36,279 bases of DNA from an uncultured Gammaproteobacteria bacterium (GCA_964364745.1 CAYINJ010000002.1:1-36279); one strand, 5' to 3'; counted from the first letter of the stretch, positions 8,865 through 18,261 are shown. Numbers and translations are program-made. The notes: generated by a model not told the origin, from the sequence alone.

Positions 8865-9980
8865 CTAGCCAAACACCTTTTGCCAAACACTGCCCCCGAA
8901 GTGGATAATGTCGCGGTAAGTGACGACGAGGATCAGCAACATCAGTAAGAGAAAGCCAAGGTTGTGGACCAGCGCTTCGAGTTTCTGATCTAGCGGTCGA
9001 CGGCGAAGTTTCTCCACGATCAAGAAGAGCACGCGGCCGCCATCGAGGGCCGGAAACGGCAAGATGTTGATAATCGCCAAGTTGACTGACAACAGCGCGA
9101 CAAACTGCAGTAAATGCGCCCAGCCCAGCCGGAGCACTTGCCCGGTCATGACCGCAATCCCCACCGGGCCAGAAACCTCTACCCCGGCCGGCAGACCGAC
9201 GATTAGGTTGCGGATGATAGTATAAAATGCCAAGACGATGGCGGCCATCAGATTACCAGTGGCGGTGATGCCTTTGATGATCGCCCAGTACCACGGATAA
9301 GACACCACGCCAGTAGTCATCAGCCCCACGCCTATACTCACCCGACCAACACTGGCTTGGTAACTCGGCGTCACGGTCAGATTAAGGTTGGCGCCACCGC
9401 GCTCTAACGCGAGGATGATCGGTTGCTGGTCATGCGCGGCGACATATTCTTGAATCGCGGTAATGTTCGCCAAGACCTGACCGTCAATACTGGTGACCGT
9501 GTCACCGGGCAAAATCCCGGCGGTGGCCGCTGGACTATCAGGGAGCACCTGGTAAATCGCGGTGGCAACATCGCGGACTTGAGCATGAGCTAGCAACGGC
9601 GGATCGTCCGGCAGCGCGGTCGGTAACCCAACGCCGAAGCCAATCATCAGCAAGACCGCCGCTAAAATCACGTTCATGGTCACGCCCGCAATCAAAATAA
9701 TCGCCCGCTGCCAAGCCGGTTTGGCGCCAAAGCTGGTCGGATCGGCTCGATCAGCGCCGTCTTCGCCTTTGATTTTGACAAACCCGCCCAGCGGAATGGC
9801 GTTGATCGAATAGACAATGTTGGTCTTGGCACTCTTGAAGCCATACAGTCGCGGCGGAAAACCCAAGCCCAACTCTTCCACGCCGCAGCCAAACCAGCGG
9901 GCGGTCACAAAATGACCGATCTCATGCACCAGCACCAAGACGGCCAAAACGGCGATAAAAATTATAATTGTCGTAATCAT
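8865..9980 (-). CDS. rseP: RseP-like site-2 (M50) membrane metalloprotease with PDZ domain
   Basis: HEIGH zinc motif (LVHEIGHF) in the first TM helix, PDZ-like GILPGDTVTSIDGQ, and C-terminal NLAIINILPFPALDGG. Confidence 0.9.
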   Translation of the reverse strand: MITTIIIFIAVLAVLVLVHEIGHFVTARWFGCGVEELGLGFPPRLYGFKSAKTNIVYSINAIPLGGFVKIKGEDGADRADPTSFGAKPAWQRAIILIAGVTMNVILAAVLLMIGFGVGLPTALPDDPPLLAHAQVRDVATAIYQVLPDSPAATAGILPGDTVTSIDGQVLANITAIQEYVAAHDQQPIILALERGGANLNLTVTPSYQASVGRVSIGVGLMTTGVVSYPWYWAIIKGITATGNLMAAIVLAFYTIIRNLIVGLPAGVEVSGPVGIAVMTGQVLRLGWAHLLQFVALLSVNLAIINILPFPALDGGRVLFLIVEKLRRRPLDQKLEALVHNLGFLLLMLLILVVTYRDIIHFGGSVWQKVFG

Positions 9981-9997
9981 CAGGCGTGAGGGTACCC

Positions 9998-10780
9998 TTA
10001 CTTATCTCCCACTATCGCTTCCTGCCAATTAACATCCTGACCGAGCCAGCGCATCGCGATCTGCTTCGTTGCCGGGCTTAAATCACTGACAAAAAATTGA
10101 TGCTCGGTCGTGTGATTCCACTCTTGTTTGGCTAGGGTCTGGGCGACAAAAGCCGTCACCTCACTAGCGGGATCAACCAAGGTCACCCGTAGCCCCATTG
10201 TATCGGAAATCAAGGGGGCTAACAAGGGATAATGGGTGCAACCCAAAATCAGGGTATCGACCCGCTGCTCTTTCAGCGGTCGGAGGTAGCGGCGCAAAAT
10301 CATCTTGGTTTCTGGCCGCTTCAGCCAATTCTCTTCTACCAGCGGCACTAGTAATGGACACGCTTGAGCAAATAATTGTAATCCGGCGTCATGATCGGCA
10401 ATTAATCGCTGATAAGCCCCCGAATTAACCGTGCTCCGCGTGCCAATCAGTCCAATCCGACCATTTTTTGTCGCGGCAATCGCGGCCGTCACGGCTGGGG
10501 TGATACAATCAAAAATTGGCAGATTGGGGTGGGCGGCTTTGATCTCGGCAGTCGCTTCGGCCGACGCGGTGTTACATCCAATGATAATGGCCGCCGCTCC
10601 TCGATCCACCAAAAATTGGGTGTCTTCCAAGGCGTAGCGGACCACGGTCTTTTTGCTCTTGTTGCCATAGGGTGTCCGAGCGGTGTCGCCGAAGTATAAA
10701 ATCCGCGCGGTCGGCAGGTGCTTCATCACTTCCCGGGCGACGGTCAGCCCGCCAACGCCAGAATCAAAAATACCGATCAT
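9998..10780 (-). CDS. murI: Glutamate racemase
   Basis: N-terminus MIGIFDSGVGGLTV, plus the two catalytic Cys motifs GCNTAS and GCTHYP. Confidence 0.92.
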   Translation of the reverse strand: MIGIFDSGVGGLTVAREVMKHLPTARILYFGDTARTPYGNKSKKTVVRYALEDTQFLVDRGAAAIIIGCNTASAEATAEIKAAHPNLPIFDCITPAVTAAIAATKNGRIGLIGTRSTVNSGAYQRLIADHDAGLQLFAQACPLLVPLVEENWLKRPETKMILRRYLRPLKEQRVDTLILGCTHYPLLAPLISDTMGLRVTLVDPASEVTAFVAQTLAKQEWNHTTEHQFFVSDLSPATKQIAMRWLGQDVNWQEAIVGDK

Positions 10781-10809
10781 ATGATCGGTAGTATAGCAGG
10801 GATTATCAC

Positions 10810-10930
10810 GTCATTGCGAGGGCCGTTGCGGCCCGCGGCAATCCCAGCGCATATCCCACTAACCGGTTGATGCGCTCAACCTGGGATTGCCGCCCTTCGC
10901 TCCGCTCAGGGTAAACTTCCTCGCAATGAC
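10810..10930. repeat. Palindromic GC-rich repeat element (about 120-bp imperfect hairpin)
   Basis: gtcattgcgagg (10810-10821) is the exact reverse complement of cctcgcaatgac (10919-10930). ggcaatcccag (10837-10847) is the reverse complement of ctgggattgcc (10881-10891). Right-arm segments 10881-10899 and 10903-10924 recur at 11892-11910 and 11915-11936. Confidence 0.7.
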
Positions 10931-10944
10931 AGACATAAAACGGC

Positions 10945-10970
10945 AAAAGGAGCTCTTGCGAGCTCCTTTT
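10945..10970 (-). terminator. Intrinsic terminator downstream of the 10992-11495 ORF
   Basis: Perfect 11-bp stem, aaaaggagctc / gagctcctttt, with a 4-nt loop. It has flanking A/T runs and lies 21 nt after the ORF stop. Confidence 0.65.
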
Positions 10971-10991
10971 GGTGTATGTGACTGGGGGGGG

Positions 10992-11495
10992 TTACGAACC
11001 GGTGGCTGCACCGGCTGCGTCTTCGTCGTCTTCGTCGTCCTCGTCGTCGGTCGCGGCGTCTTCGTCGTCGACAGCGCCATCGTCGGCGGCCGCCTGGCTC
11101 TTCTCCCACTGCTCACCGATCAGGCGGAGGACCGTCAAGGCCAGAATCTGATAGACCCGACCGGCGCGCAAACGCTTGGTCAGATGTTCGAACGTTCCGA
11201 GGGCGGCCTCGAAGATGTCCTCGAGGCGGAACGGGCTCCCCTCAACGATCATCCGCAGCTCGATCGAGGTCAGCGTACCGCGCTGCCAGCGGCCGCGCCC
11301 GTCGAAATACCCGACGTTCTTGGCGACAACGTGTTGCAGCCAATCGTCTTCGTCTTTTTCCAAGGCCTTGATATACCCGGCCTTGATTTCCTGGAATCTC
11401 GCGCGCGCTTGGTCCTGATACGACGGCTTTCCGTCGTGTTGCTTCGGACGGCTGGGGGGGCCGCCTTTTCCGTCTCCCCGCTGGCGCTGCGTCAT
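10992..11495 (-). CDS. Hypothetical protein with basic disordered N-terminus and poly-acidic C-terminal tail
   Basis: 167-aa ORF with AGGAGG 5 nt upstream of the ATG (taggaggtttcaATG), its own promoter and its own terminator. The C-terminus is DDGAVDDEDAATDDEDDEDDEDAAG. GC-rich relative to its neighbours. No family recognised. Confidence 0.7.
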   Translation of the reverse strand: MTQRQRGDGKGGPPSRPKQHDGKPSYQDQARARFQEIKAGYIKALEKDEDDWLQHVVAKNVGYFDGRGRWQRGTLTSIELRMIVEGSPFRLEDIFEAALGTFEHLTKRLRAGRVYQILALTVLRLIGEQWEKSQAAADDGAVDDEDAATDDEDDEDDEDAAGAATGS

Positions 11496-11614
11496 TGAAA
11501 CCTCCTAAAGGTCGACGCTAGATCAACGAACAACTTTGCCGTGCAACCCGCAACCACCCCTGATGGAGTGTCGCCGCTTTCGAGTTTATCCCGAGCGGTG
11601 CAGCAAATTAGTTT

Positions 11615-11643
11615 ATAATAGCATAGATAAAAGTTTTTGTCAA
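11615..11643 (-). promoter_or_regulatory. Sigma70-type promoter for the 10992-11495 cassette
   Basis: The minus strand reads TTGACA, a 17-nt spacer (aaaacttttatctatgc) and TATTAT. This leaves a leader of about 110 nt before the ATG at 11495. Confidence 0.6.
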
Positions 11644-11651
11644 TAATAACC

Positions 11652-11674
11652 AAAACCCAATAAAATTGGGTTTT
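11652..11674. terminator. Bidirectional terminator-like hairpin
   Basis: Perfect 10-bp stem, aaaacccaat / attgggtttt, with a 3-nt loop. It lies just upstream (minus-strand sense) of the promoter above and downstream of the mutase gene. Confidence 0.55.
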
Positions 11675-11694
11675 ACGGGACAAACATTCTCTCA

Positions 11695-11841
11695 TGTCTG
11701 TCATCCCGAGCGAACCCCGAGCGAAGCGCGGGGGTAGTCGAGGGATCTAGACGGATATCCACGGCAGGTCTGTCTCTTCTCTTGCAAACTAACTTCACGT
11801 AGATCCCTCGTCCCACAAAGCTGGACTCGGGACGACAGACA
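11695..11841. repeat. Palindromic GC-rich repeat element (nested inverted repeats)
   Basis: tgtctgtcatcccgag (11695-11710) pairs with ctcgggacgacagaca (11826-11841), with 1 mismatch. cgagggatcta (11739-11749) pairs exactly with tagatccctcg (11800-11810). Contains the gagcgaagcg motif also present at about 27688-27697. Confidence 0.65.
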
Positions 11842-11888
11842 AGAGAGGAAGGCAACCACACATATATAGTTGGCAGGGGGGGGCCATT

Positions 11889-11970
11889 ACCCTGGGATTG
11901 CCGCCCTTCGACTACGCTCAGGGTAAACTTCCTCGCCCCGCCTTCGGCGGGACTCCGCTCGGGATGACAC
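11889..11970. repeat. Second copy of the ctgggattgccgcccttcg...cgctcagggtaaacttcctcgc repeat, plus an inverted copy of the gtcatcccgagcg motif
   Basis: 11892-11910 and 11915-11936 are identical to 10881-10899 and 10903-10924. cgctcgggatgaca (11956-11969) is the exact reverse complement of 11699-11712. Confidence 0.65.
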
Positions 11971-11996
11971 CGTTAAAGAATGGCTCTGGAGACATG

Positions 11997-13391
11997 CTAC
12001 TCCCCGACCACCAGCTTCATCACCTCGGCTTTTTTCTCCGCCACGATCACCGCGCTCGTTCCCTCGACATTGCAACGCACCAGCGGCTCGGTGTTGGACG
12101 TGCGGACATTCACTCGCCAGTCGGGATATTCAATTGTCACACCATCAAGTTCGTTGATCTGGGCATCGGCGTATTTGACTTTGAGGCGGCCAAACACGGC
12201 CGGGGTATCAGCCACGGTAACGTTCTGCTCGCCAGAGACGAAGAAACGACCGGTGTATGGCGCCAAAATTTCCGATAAACTCTGGGCGGTCTCCGACAGC
12301 GCTTCCCACATCAGGAGGAATGGAATCATACCATTGTCGGCGTACCAGTTATCGGCAAAATAATAATGCCCGCTGGACTCACCGCAAAACAGCGCGCGCT
12401 GCCGACGCATTTGATCTTTGATGTAAGAGTGCCCCACCCGACCCATCATGGCCGTGCCACCATGTTCAGTGACCGCCGCAGTAATAGCGCGAGCATACCG
12501 CACGTCATAGATAATGGTTGCTCCTGGATGAGTGGCTAATAGCCGCTCGGCAAATAACGCCGTCGGATAACACGGTTCATAAAACACCCCTTGATTATCA
12601 CAAAAGAAACAGCGGTCGCCATCGCCATCCCAGGCCACGCCGAAATCGGCCTGCTCGGACTTGGTTAAGGTCACCAACTCCTGCCGATTAGCAATGATCA
12701 TCGGGTCGGGGCGACCTTTCGGGAAAGTACCGTCCGGATCGTAGTTTAGAGGCACAATAGTCAATAGGCCTCCTAGTTTTTCGTTTAATTTACTTAACAG
12801 CCCGCCGTTAGCGCCAAAATTGGCATTGGCAACGATCTTGGTCGGCTTTAACTTAGCAACATCGACAAAGGATAAAATAAAATCCAGATAGTCGGCCGTA
12901 ACATCTTGGACGGTAATACTGCCCTGTTGGCCCGGTGAGGCCAGCGGTCCGGCCGCAATGGTATCGCGGATATCGAGCAGTCCATTGTCGGCAAACAGCG
13001 GCTCGGCGTTGGCCAAAGTTAATTTAATCCCGGCATAACCGGGTGGATTGTGCGACGCTGACGCGATCATGCCCCCATCAAACCCGTAGTGGCCGACGGT
13101 AAAATAGAGCACGTCCGTCGGCGTGGTGCCGATATCGGTCACGGCGACACCGGACTCGGTCAAACCGCGAATAATGGCCGCTTTGACCTCGGCACTGGCT
13201 GGACGGACGTCTTGGGCGACGGCGACTTTTTGGGGCTGAAACTTAGCGGCGTAAGCCAAGGCCACTTGATAAGCCGTTGCGGCATCAAATTGCTCCGGGT
13301 AACGGCCGCGCACATCGTAGCCACGGAAAATAGCGGGATCAAACATACGTTGACGAAACGGCTTATTTTTCTTATAATCTAGATACTTCAT
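11997..13391 (-). CDS. Phosphomannomutase/phosphoglucomutase (alpha-D-phosphohexomutase family)
   Basis: ASASHNPPGYAGIK phosphoserine loop, AWDGDGDRCFF metal site and GESSGHYYF loop. Start set at ATG 13391 (MKYLDYKK...). ATG 13415 is an alternative, and the ORF-track TTG at 13439 would overlap the divergent lemA start. Confidence 0.88.
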   Translation of the reverse strand: MKYLDYKKNKPFRQRMFDPAIFRGYDVRGRYPEQFDAATAYQVALAYAAKFQPQKVAVAQDVRPASAEVKAAIIRGLTESGVAVTDIGTTPTDVLYFTVGHYGFDGGMIASASHNPPGYAGIKLTLANAEPLFADNGLLDIRDTIAAGPLASPGQQGSITVQDVTADYLDFILSFVDVAKLKPTKIVANANFGANGGLLSKLNEKLGGLLTIVPLNYDPDGTFPKGRPDPMIIANRQELVTLTKSEQADFGVAWDGDGDRCFFCDNQGVFYEPCYPTALFAERLLATHPGATIIYDVRYARAITAAVTEHGGTAMMGRVGHSYIKDQMRRQRALFCGESSGHYYFADNWYADNGMIPFLLMWEALSETAQSLSEILAPYTGRFFVSGEQNVTVADTPAVFGRLKVKYADAQINELDGVTIEYPDWRVNVRTSNTEPLVRCNVEGTSAVIVAEKKAEVMKLVVGE

Positions 13392-13429
13392 TATAGCACG
13401 GCGGATATTATTCATAAAACTTGCGACGT

Positions 13430-13999
13430 ATGGATTCAAGTACTCTGCTTTGGATAATTCTCGGGCTAGCGGTGATTATCGGTTTGTGGCTAATCGGGGT
13501 GTTTAATGGCCTGATTCGGCTGAAAAACCGCACCGATGAGGCCTGGGCCGATATTGACGTCCAGCTCAAACGCCGTCATGACTTGATTCCGAATCTGGTC
13601 GAAACGGTCAAGGGCTACGCCACTCATGAACAGGCCACGTTTGAAAAGGTCATTCAAGCGCGCAACATGGCCATGCAAGCCCAAGGCCAGGGCGCAGCCG
13701 CCGCGGCCGGAGCCGAAAACATGCTGACCGACACGCTGAAAAGCATTTTCGCGCTATCCGAAAGCTACCCCGACCTGAAGGCCAATCAAAACTTCCTGAA
13801 ACTGCAAGACGAATTGTCGGACACCGAAAATAAGGTTCAGGCATCGAGACGCTTCTACAACGGCAATGTGCGGGACTTTAACATCAAGTTCGAAACCTTC
13901 CCGGCGAACATGTTCGTCAAGTCACTCGGCTTTGCCAAGAAAGAATTCTTCGAGATTACCGAGACGGTCGAGCGGCAAAACGTCGCCGTGAAGTTCTAG
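13430..13999 (+). CDS. lemA: LemA family membrane protein
   Basis: ATG at 13430 (MDSSTLLWIILGLAVIIG, a TM helix), followed by the LemA-type sequence NGLIRLKNRTDEAWADIDVQLKRRHDLIPNLV...SRRFYNGNVRDFN. Confidence 0.9.
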   Translation: MDSSTLLWIILGLAVIIGLWLIGVFNGLIRLKNRTDEAWADIDVQLKRRHDLIPNLVETVKGYATHEQATFEKVIQARNMAMQAQGQGAAAAAGAENMLTDTLKSIFALSESYPDLKANQNFLKLQDELSDTENKVQASRRFYNGNVRDFNIKFETFPANMFVKSLGFAKKEFFEITETVERQNVAVKF

Positions 14000-14005
14000 T
14001 GCCCC

Positions 14006-14884
14006 ATGTACTCCCAAATCGACAGCAACAAAAGAAAGTCCGTCCTGCTAATCGGCGTTTTTATCGTTTTTGTCCTCTTTTTGGGCTGGTTCTTCGGGCA
14101 GCTCTATGATTATGGCTACGGCGGTCTAGTGATTGCTTTGGTTATTTCCACCGGCCTGGCCTTGGTCAGCTATTACCAGGGTGACAAAGTCGCTTTGTTG
14201 ACCGCTGGCGCCCGGTCAATCGCCAAAGAGGATAACCCTTATGTTTATCGACTGGTCGAAAACCTGGCCATGACCGCCGGGATTCCGACGCCAAAAGTTC
14301 ACCTGATGGCTGATCCAGCCATTAATGCCTTTGCCACCGGCCGTGATCCGGCGCACGCTTCGATTGCCATTACCACCGGCGCCGTGGAAAAATTAGAGAA
14401 CGAAGAGCTTGAGGGGGTGATTGCTCATGAGCTGTCGCACGTTAAAAACTACGACATTCGCCTGATGACTATTGTCATTGTCCTGGTCGGCTTGATCGCT
14501 CTGTTAAGTGATTTCTTTTTCCGCGCTCGCTTCTTTGGCGGCGGTCGGCGGGACAATAATAACTCCGGCGGTGTGCTGTTGATCATCGGCGTACTCTTGA
14601 TGATCCTCTCTCCTTTGATTGCTAAACTGATTCAACTGGCCGTCTCGCGGAAACGAGAGTTTTTGGCGGACGCGTCCGGCGCGCTGTTGACGCGTTATCC
14701 GGAAGGTCTGGCTCGCGCTTTAGAAAAAATCGCCCAAGAACACTTGCCGACAGCTCGAGCCACCACTGCCACGGCCCATCTCTATTTTGCTAATCCCCTC
14801 TCACCCAAACTCTCCCTGGCCAAACTATTTGCCACTCATCCGCCAATTTCGGAACGCGTCACCGCGTTGCGGAGTATGGCTTAA
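14006..14884 (+). CDS. htpX: HtpX-like M48 zinc metalloprotease
   Basis: HELSHVKNYD (HExxH) motif, multiple TM helices, and the classic lemA-htpX gene pairing. Confidence 0.92.
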   Translation: MYSQIDSNKRKSVLLIGVFIVFVLFLGWFFGQLYDYGYGGLVIALVISTGLALVSYYQGDKVALLTAGARSIAKEDNPYVYRLVENLAMTAGIPTPKVHLMADPAINAFATGRDPAHASIAITTGAVEKLENEELEGVIAHELSHVKNYDIRLMTIVIVLVGLIALLSDFFFRARFFGGGRRDNNNSGGVLLIIGVLLMILSPLIAKLIQLAVSRKREFLADASGALLTRYPEGLARALEKIAQEHLPTARATTATAHLYFANPLSPKLSLAKLFATHPPISERVTALRSMA

Positions 14885-14908
14885 ACTTATTTATTTTTTC
14901 ATGATTGT

Positions 14909-15766
14909 ATGGACCAAGCTCTGCCCCAGTCAACTCCGTCTGGCATCCTACCAGTTGGCGCCTTACTCCGCCACGCCTGGGAGACCTTCAGTGGTCACCT
15001 GAAACAGTATCTGCCATTGTCGATTGTGGTCATAATTTTCCCGGTTATTATCTCGGCCTTGACCGCCAATTGGCTGACTGACTTACCCCAAAACCCCACC
15101 GCGGCTGATTGGACGGCCCTGACTAACCAACTGTCGACCAACGGGCCCCTCATTGGGTTAATCTTCTTCGTCGCCGTGATCGCTGCCGCCGTCTTAGGTG
15201 TCTTAGGCGCGCTGGCCATGATCCACGTAGCCAAGGACTCGAGCCGGTCGGCTGGTCAAGCCCTGAAAGCGTCGCTGGGGCAATTTTGGTCGTATCTGTG
15301 GATCGCCGTCCTGATCTTTTTGTTTGTGGTTGGCGTCATGCTTAGCGCGGGTATTATCTTGGCTGTCTTAGTGAAATTAGCTAACTTACTTGGGAGCGCC
15401 TCGGTCGTCTTTGGCGCCATCTTAGGCGGCCTCGCTTTAGTCGCCGCGGCGGTGTATGTGGTCTACCAAACTGTCCGCTGGACCTTTGCCTATTACATTT
15501 TGGTTGATGAGGGTCTGACCGGCCGCACCGCCTTGCGCCGCAGCGCGGCAGTGGTGACCAATCGCTGGTGGGCCGTGGTGGGACGTTTCATTGTTTTGGG
15601 TTTGATCGTGATGGTGGCTCAAATGATCATCGGCGCCGTGTTGTCGGCGGCCGGCGGCGCTCTTGGCACCATGGTGGCTCAATTTTTGATCAACATTGTC
15701 GTCGCGCCAATTAGCATCATCTACGCCTACACGATTTACCACAACCTGCGTGCCAATCAGCACTAA
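14909..15766 (+). CDS. Polytopic hypothetical membrane protein
   Basis: 285-aa ORF with about 6 long hydrophobic segments. No family recognised. Confidence 0.75.
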   Translation: MDQALPQSTPSGILPVGALLRHAWETFSGHLKQYLPLSIVVIIFPVIISALTANWLTDLPQNPTAADWTALTNQLSTNGPLIGLIFFVAVIAAAVLGVLGALAMIHVAKDSSRSAGQALKASLGQFWSYLWIAVLIFLFVVGVMLSAGIILAVLVKLANLLGSASVVFGAILGGLALVAAAVYVVYQTVRWTFAYYILVDEGLTGRTALRRSAAVVTNRWWAVVGRFIVLGLIVMVAQMIIGAVLSAAGGALGTMVAQFLINIVVAPISIIYAYTIYHNLRANQH

Positions 15767-15777
15767 TTTCCATCCTC

Positions 15778-18261
15778 ATGAATCAGTTCGGCTCCACCAA
15801 TTCATTGACTGATCACCTCAAACAATCCTTGACCGCGGCTCACCAGCTGGCTGAAGAGTTGCGCCAAGACACTGTCCAGGCCGAACATTTGCTGTACGGC
15901 TTGTTAATGGTCCGCGGCAGTTTGAGCGGTGAGCTGCTTCACCGACTGACGATCAGTCCCGATCGCGTCAAGGCCTTCATCGTCAGTACCTATGGCCAGT
16001 ACACGACGACCCACGTCCCGCGCCTGTCCGCCACCGCCAAGGGTTTGCTCCAGCACGCCGTCTTATTGGCTGGCACTGCCGGTCATCGGTATGTCGGTAC
16101 CGAGCACCTGCTGACCGCGCTAGTGACTAAACCACTGCTGGGTGTGCGCGACATTTTCCTAATGCACCAGATCTCGCTCCCCCAGCTCGGACAACAACTC
16201 CAGCTGATTTTGCGTAGTACCGGTCGCTTCGCGGACATCCTGTCCGCCGCCAATAGTGACGGGGCTGATCGCGAAGAGGCAGGCCTCTTTGGTAATAGTT
16301 CGGCTAATAATGCTTCTGCCCTTGAACTATTTACGGTTGACTTGACGACTGACACTATTCAGCAAACGATTGATCCGGTCATCGGCCGGGAAGCCGAAAT
16401 CGAACGAGTGACACAGATCCTCTGTCGTCGGACCAAAAATAATCCGATCCTGCTCGGTGACCCGGGCGTGGGCAAAACCGCCATCGTCGAAGGGTTGGCC
16501 AAGAAGATCATGGTCGGCACTGTCCCCGAGGTTCTGACCAACAAAAGAATTTTAATGCTCGATTTGGGACTGCTGCTCGCCGGCACCATGTACCGTGGCG
16601 AGTTTGAGCAGCGACTCAAAAACGTCATCGCGGAAATCAACAAAGACGATTCAATCATCCTCTTCATCGACGAGATTCATACCCTGACTGGCGCTGGCGC
16701 CGCGCCGGGCTCCATGGACGCGGCCAACATCTTAAAGCCCGCTTTGGCTCGTGGTCAGATTCGTTGCATCGGCGCCACGACCCTGGATGAATACCGCAAA
16801 CACATCGAGTCCGATCCCGCTTTGGAGCGGCGCTTCCAGCCAGTCATCGTGGCCGAGCCCACGCCCGATAAGGCGCTCCAGATCCTCCGGGGCATCAAGG
16901 AAAACTATGAGCGCTATCATCACGTGACAATTACTCCGGCGGCGTTGGAGTCGTCGGTGCGGCTCTCCACTCGCTATTTGCCGGAGCGCCGCTTGCCGGA
17001 CAAAGCGATTGATGTAATCGATGAGGCCGCCGCCCGGTATCGCGTCACCCAACCCGGTAGTGGCCTGCCGAAAAAAATTCACGAGATTGAGCACGGCATC
17101 ACTTTGCTGCAGAAAAAAAAGCGCGGCGCGATTACGGCCGAGCGCTACCCCGAGGCCTTGGACTACAAATCACAAGAAGCTATCGCCCAACGTCAGCTCG
17201 CCGCCGTTCAGGCCGAGTGGGCGATCCATCAACAACGGATCATCGGCACCGTGACCGAGCGGGACGTGGCCGAGTTAGTCGCCAAGATGACCGGCGTGCC
17301 GCTGGCTGAACTGGCCACTGATGACCAGGCGAAATTAAAACATCTCGCCCAACGCCTCCAGGAGCATGTCATCGGCCAAACTGAAGCGATCGCCGAACTG
17401 ACCCGGGCCATTCGCCGTTCCCGGGCGGGATTGGCCACGGCCAAACGGCCGATTGGTTCCTTTATTTTCATCGGGCCGTCGGGGGTGGGCAAAACCGAAC
17501 TGGCCAAAGCGCTGGCCAAAGAACTATTCGAAGACGAACAGGCCTTGGTTAAAATTGACATGTCCGAGTTTAAAGAGGGCTTCAATGTCTCCAAACTGAT
17601 TGGCTCTCCGCCCGGCTATGTCGGCTACAAAGAAAGCGGCCAGCTGACCGAAGCCGTCCGCCGCAAGCCCTACAGCGTGGTGCTGTTTGATGAAATTGAA
17701 AAAGCCCACCCGGAGATTTTCAACATTTTGCTCCAGGTAATGGAAGATGGTGAGTTGACTGACGCGACGGGCAAGAAAATCAACTTCCGCAACACCATTA
17801 TCATCATGACCTCCAACGTCGGCCTGAAAGAGTTTATCGGCTCTAAGCACATCGGCTTTGGCGCCAGTGCTAGCCGGCCAGAGATTACCACCGACCTGAA
17901 GCGTCACCTCTTAAAGAGTTTGGGGGACTGGTTCCGGCCGGAATTCCTTAACCGCGTCGATGGTGTCTTGTTCTTCAATCCGCTCGGATTGACCGAACTG
18001 AAGAAAATCACCATCCTGCAATTACAAGAACTAAACCAGCAGTTGGCGAGTCAAGGGTTGAAACTCCGCGCCAACCCGGCGGCGATTCAATTCCTCGCCA
18101 CCCAGGGGGCCGACCAAGAGCAAGGCGCGCGCTTGATCCGGAAAAACGTCCAAGAACTAGTGGCTACACCGCTGGCGGATAAAATCCTGGCCCAAGAAGT
18201 GACAAAAGGTGATATAATAGAGATAACTACGCATGACGGTCAGCTCGTGTTACAGCCGTAA
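15778..18261 (+). CDS. clpC: ClpC-type AAA+ chaperone/unfoldase (two nucleotide-binding domains, short middle domain)
   Basis: Two Clp_N repeats (AEHLLYGLL, GTEHLLTALV). Walker A GDPGVGKT in NBD1 and GPSGVGKT in NBD2. The short coiled-coil linker is ClpC-like rather than ClpB-like. Confidence 0.9.
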   Translation: MNQFGSTNSLTDHLKQSLTAAHQLAEELRQDTVQAEHLLYGLLMVRGSLSGELLHRLTISPDRVKAFIVSTYGQYTTTHVPRLSATAKGLLQHAVLLAGTAGHRYVGTEHLLTALVTKPLLGVRDIFLMHQISLPQLGQQLQLILRSTGRFADILSAANSDGADREEAGLFGNSSANNASALELFTVDLTTDTIQQTIDPVIGREAEIERVTQILCRRTKNNPILLGDPGVGKTAIVEGLAKKIMVGTVPEVLTNKRILMLDLGLLLAGTMYRGEFEQRLKNVIAEINKDDSIILFIDEIHTLTGAGAAPGSMDAANILKPALARGQIRCIGATTLDEYRKHIESDPALERRFQPVIVAEPTPDKALQILRGIKENYERYHHVTITPAALESSVRLSTRYLPERRLPDKAIDVIDEAAARYRVTQPGSGLPKKIHEIEHGITLLQKKKRGAITAERYPEALDYKSQEAIAQRQLAAVQAEWAIHQQRIIGTVTERDVAELVAKMTGVPLAELATDDQAKLKHLAQRLQEHVIGQTEAIAELTRAIRRSRAGLATAKRPIGSFIFIGPSGVGKTELAKALAKELFEDEQALVKIDMSEFKEGFNVSKLIGSPPGYVGYKESGQLTEAVRRKPYSVVLFDEIEKAHPEIFNILLQVMEDGELTDATGKKINFRNTIIIMTSNVGLKEFIGSKHIGFGASASRPEITTDLKRHLLKSLGDWFRPEFLNRVDGVLFFNPLGLTELKKITILQLQELNQQLASQGLKLRANPAAIQFLATQGADQEQGARLIRKNVQELVATPLADKILAQEVTKGDIIEITTHDGQLVLQP

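Noticed and set aside
10887-11498. 203-aa plus-strand ORF antisense to the acidic-tail gene (also 10859-11116, 10906-11109, 10969-11151 and 11176-11418).
   Set aside because: These are open frames created by the high GC content, with low-complexity translations. The minus-strand ORF has the promoter, the AGGAGG and the terminator.
11492-11861. Small minus-strand ORFs 11492-11704 and 11673-11861.
   Set aside because: They span the leader, promoter, hairpin and palindromic repeats. The translations are repeat-derived and no RBS is present.
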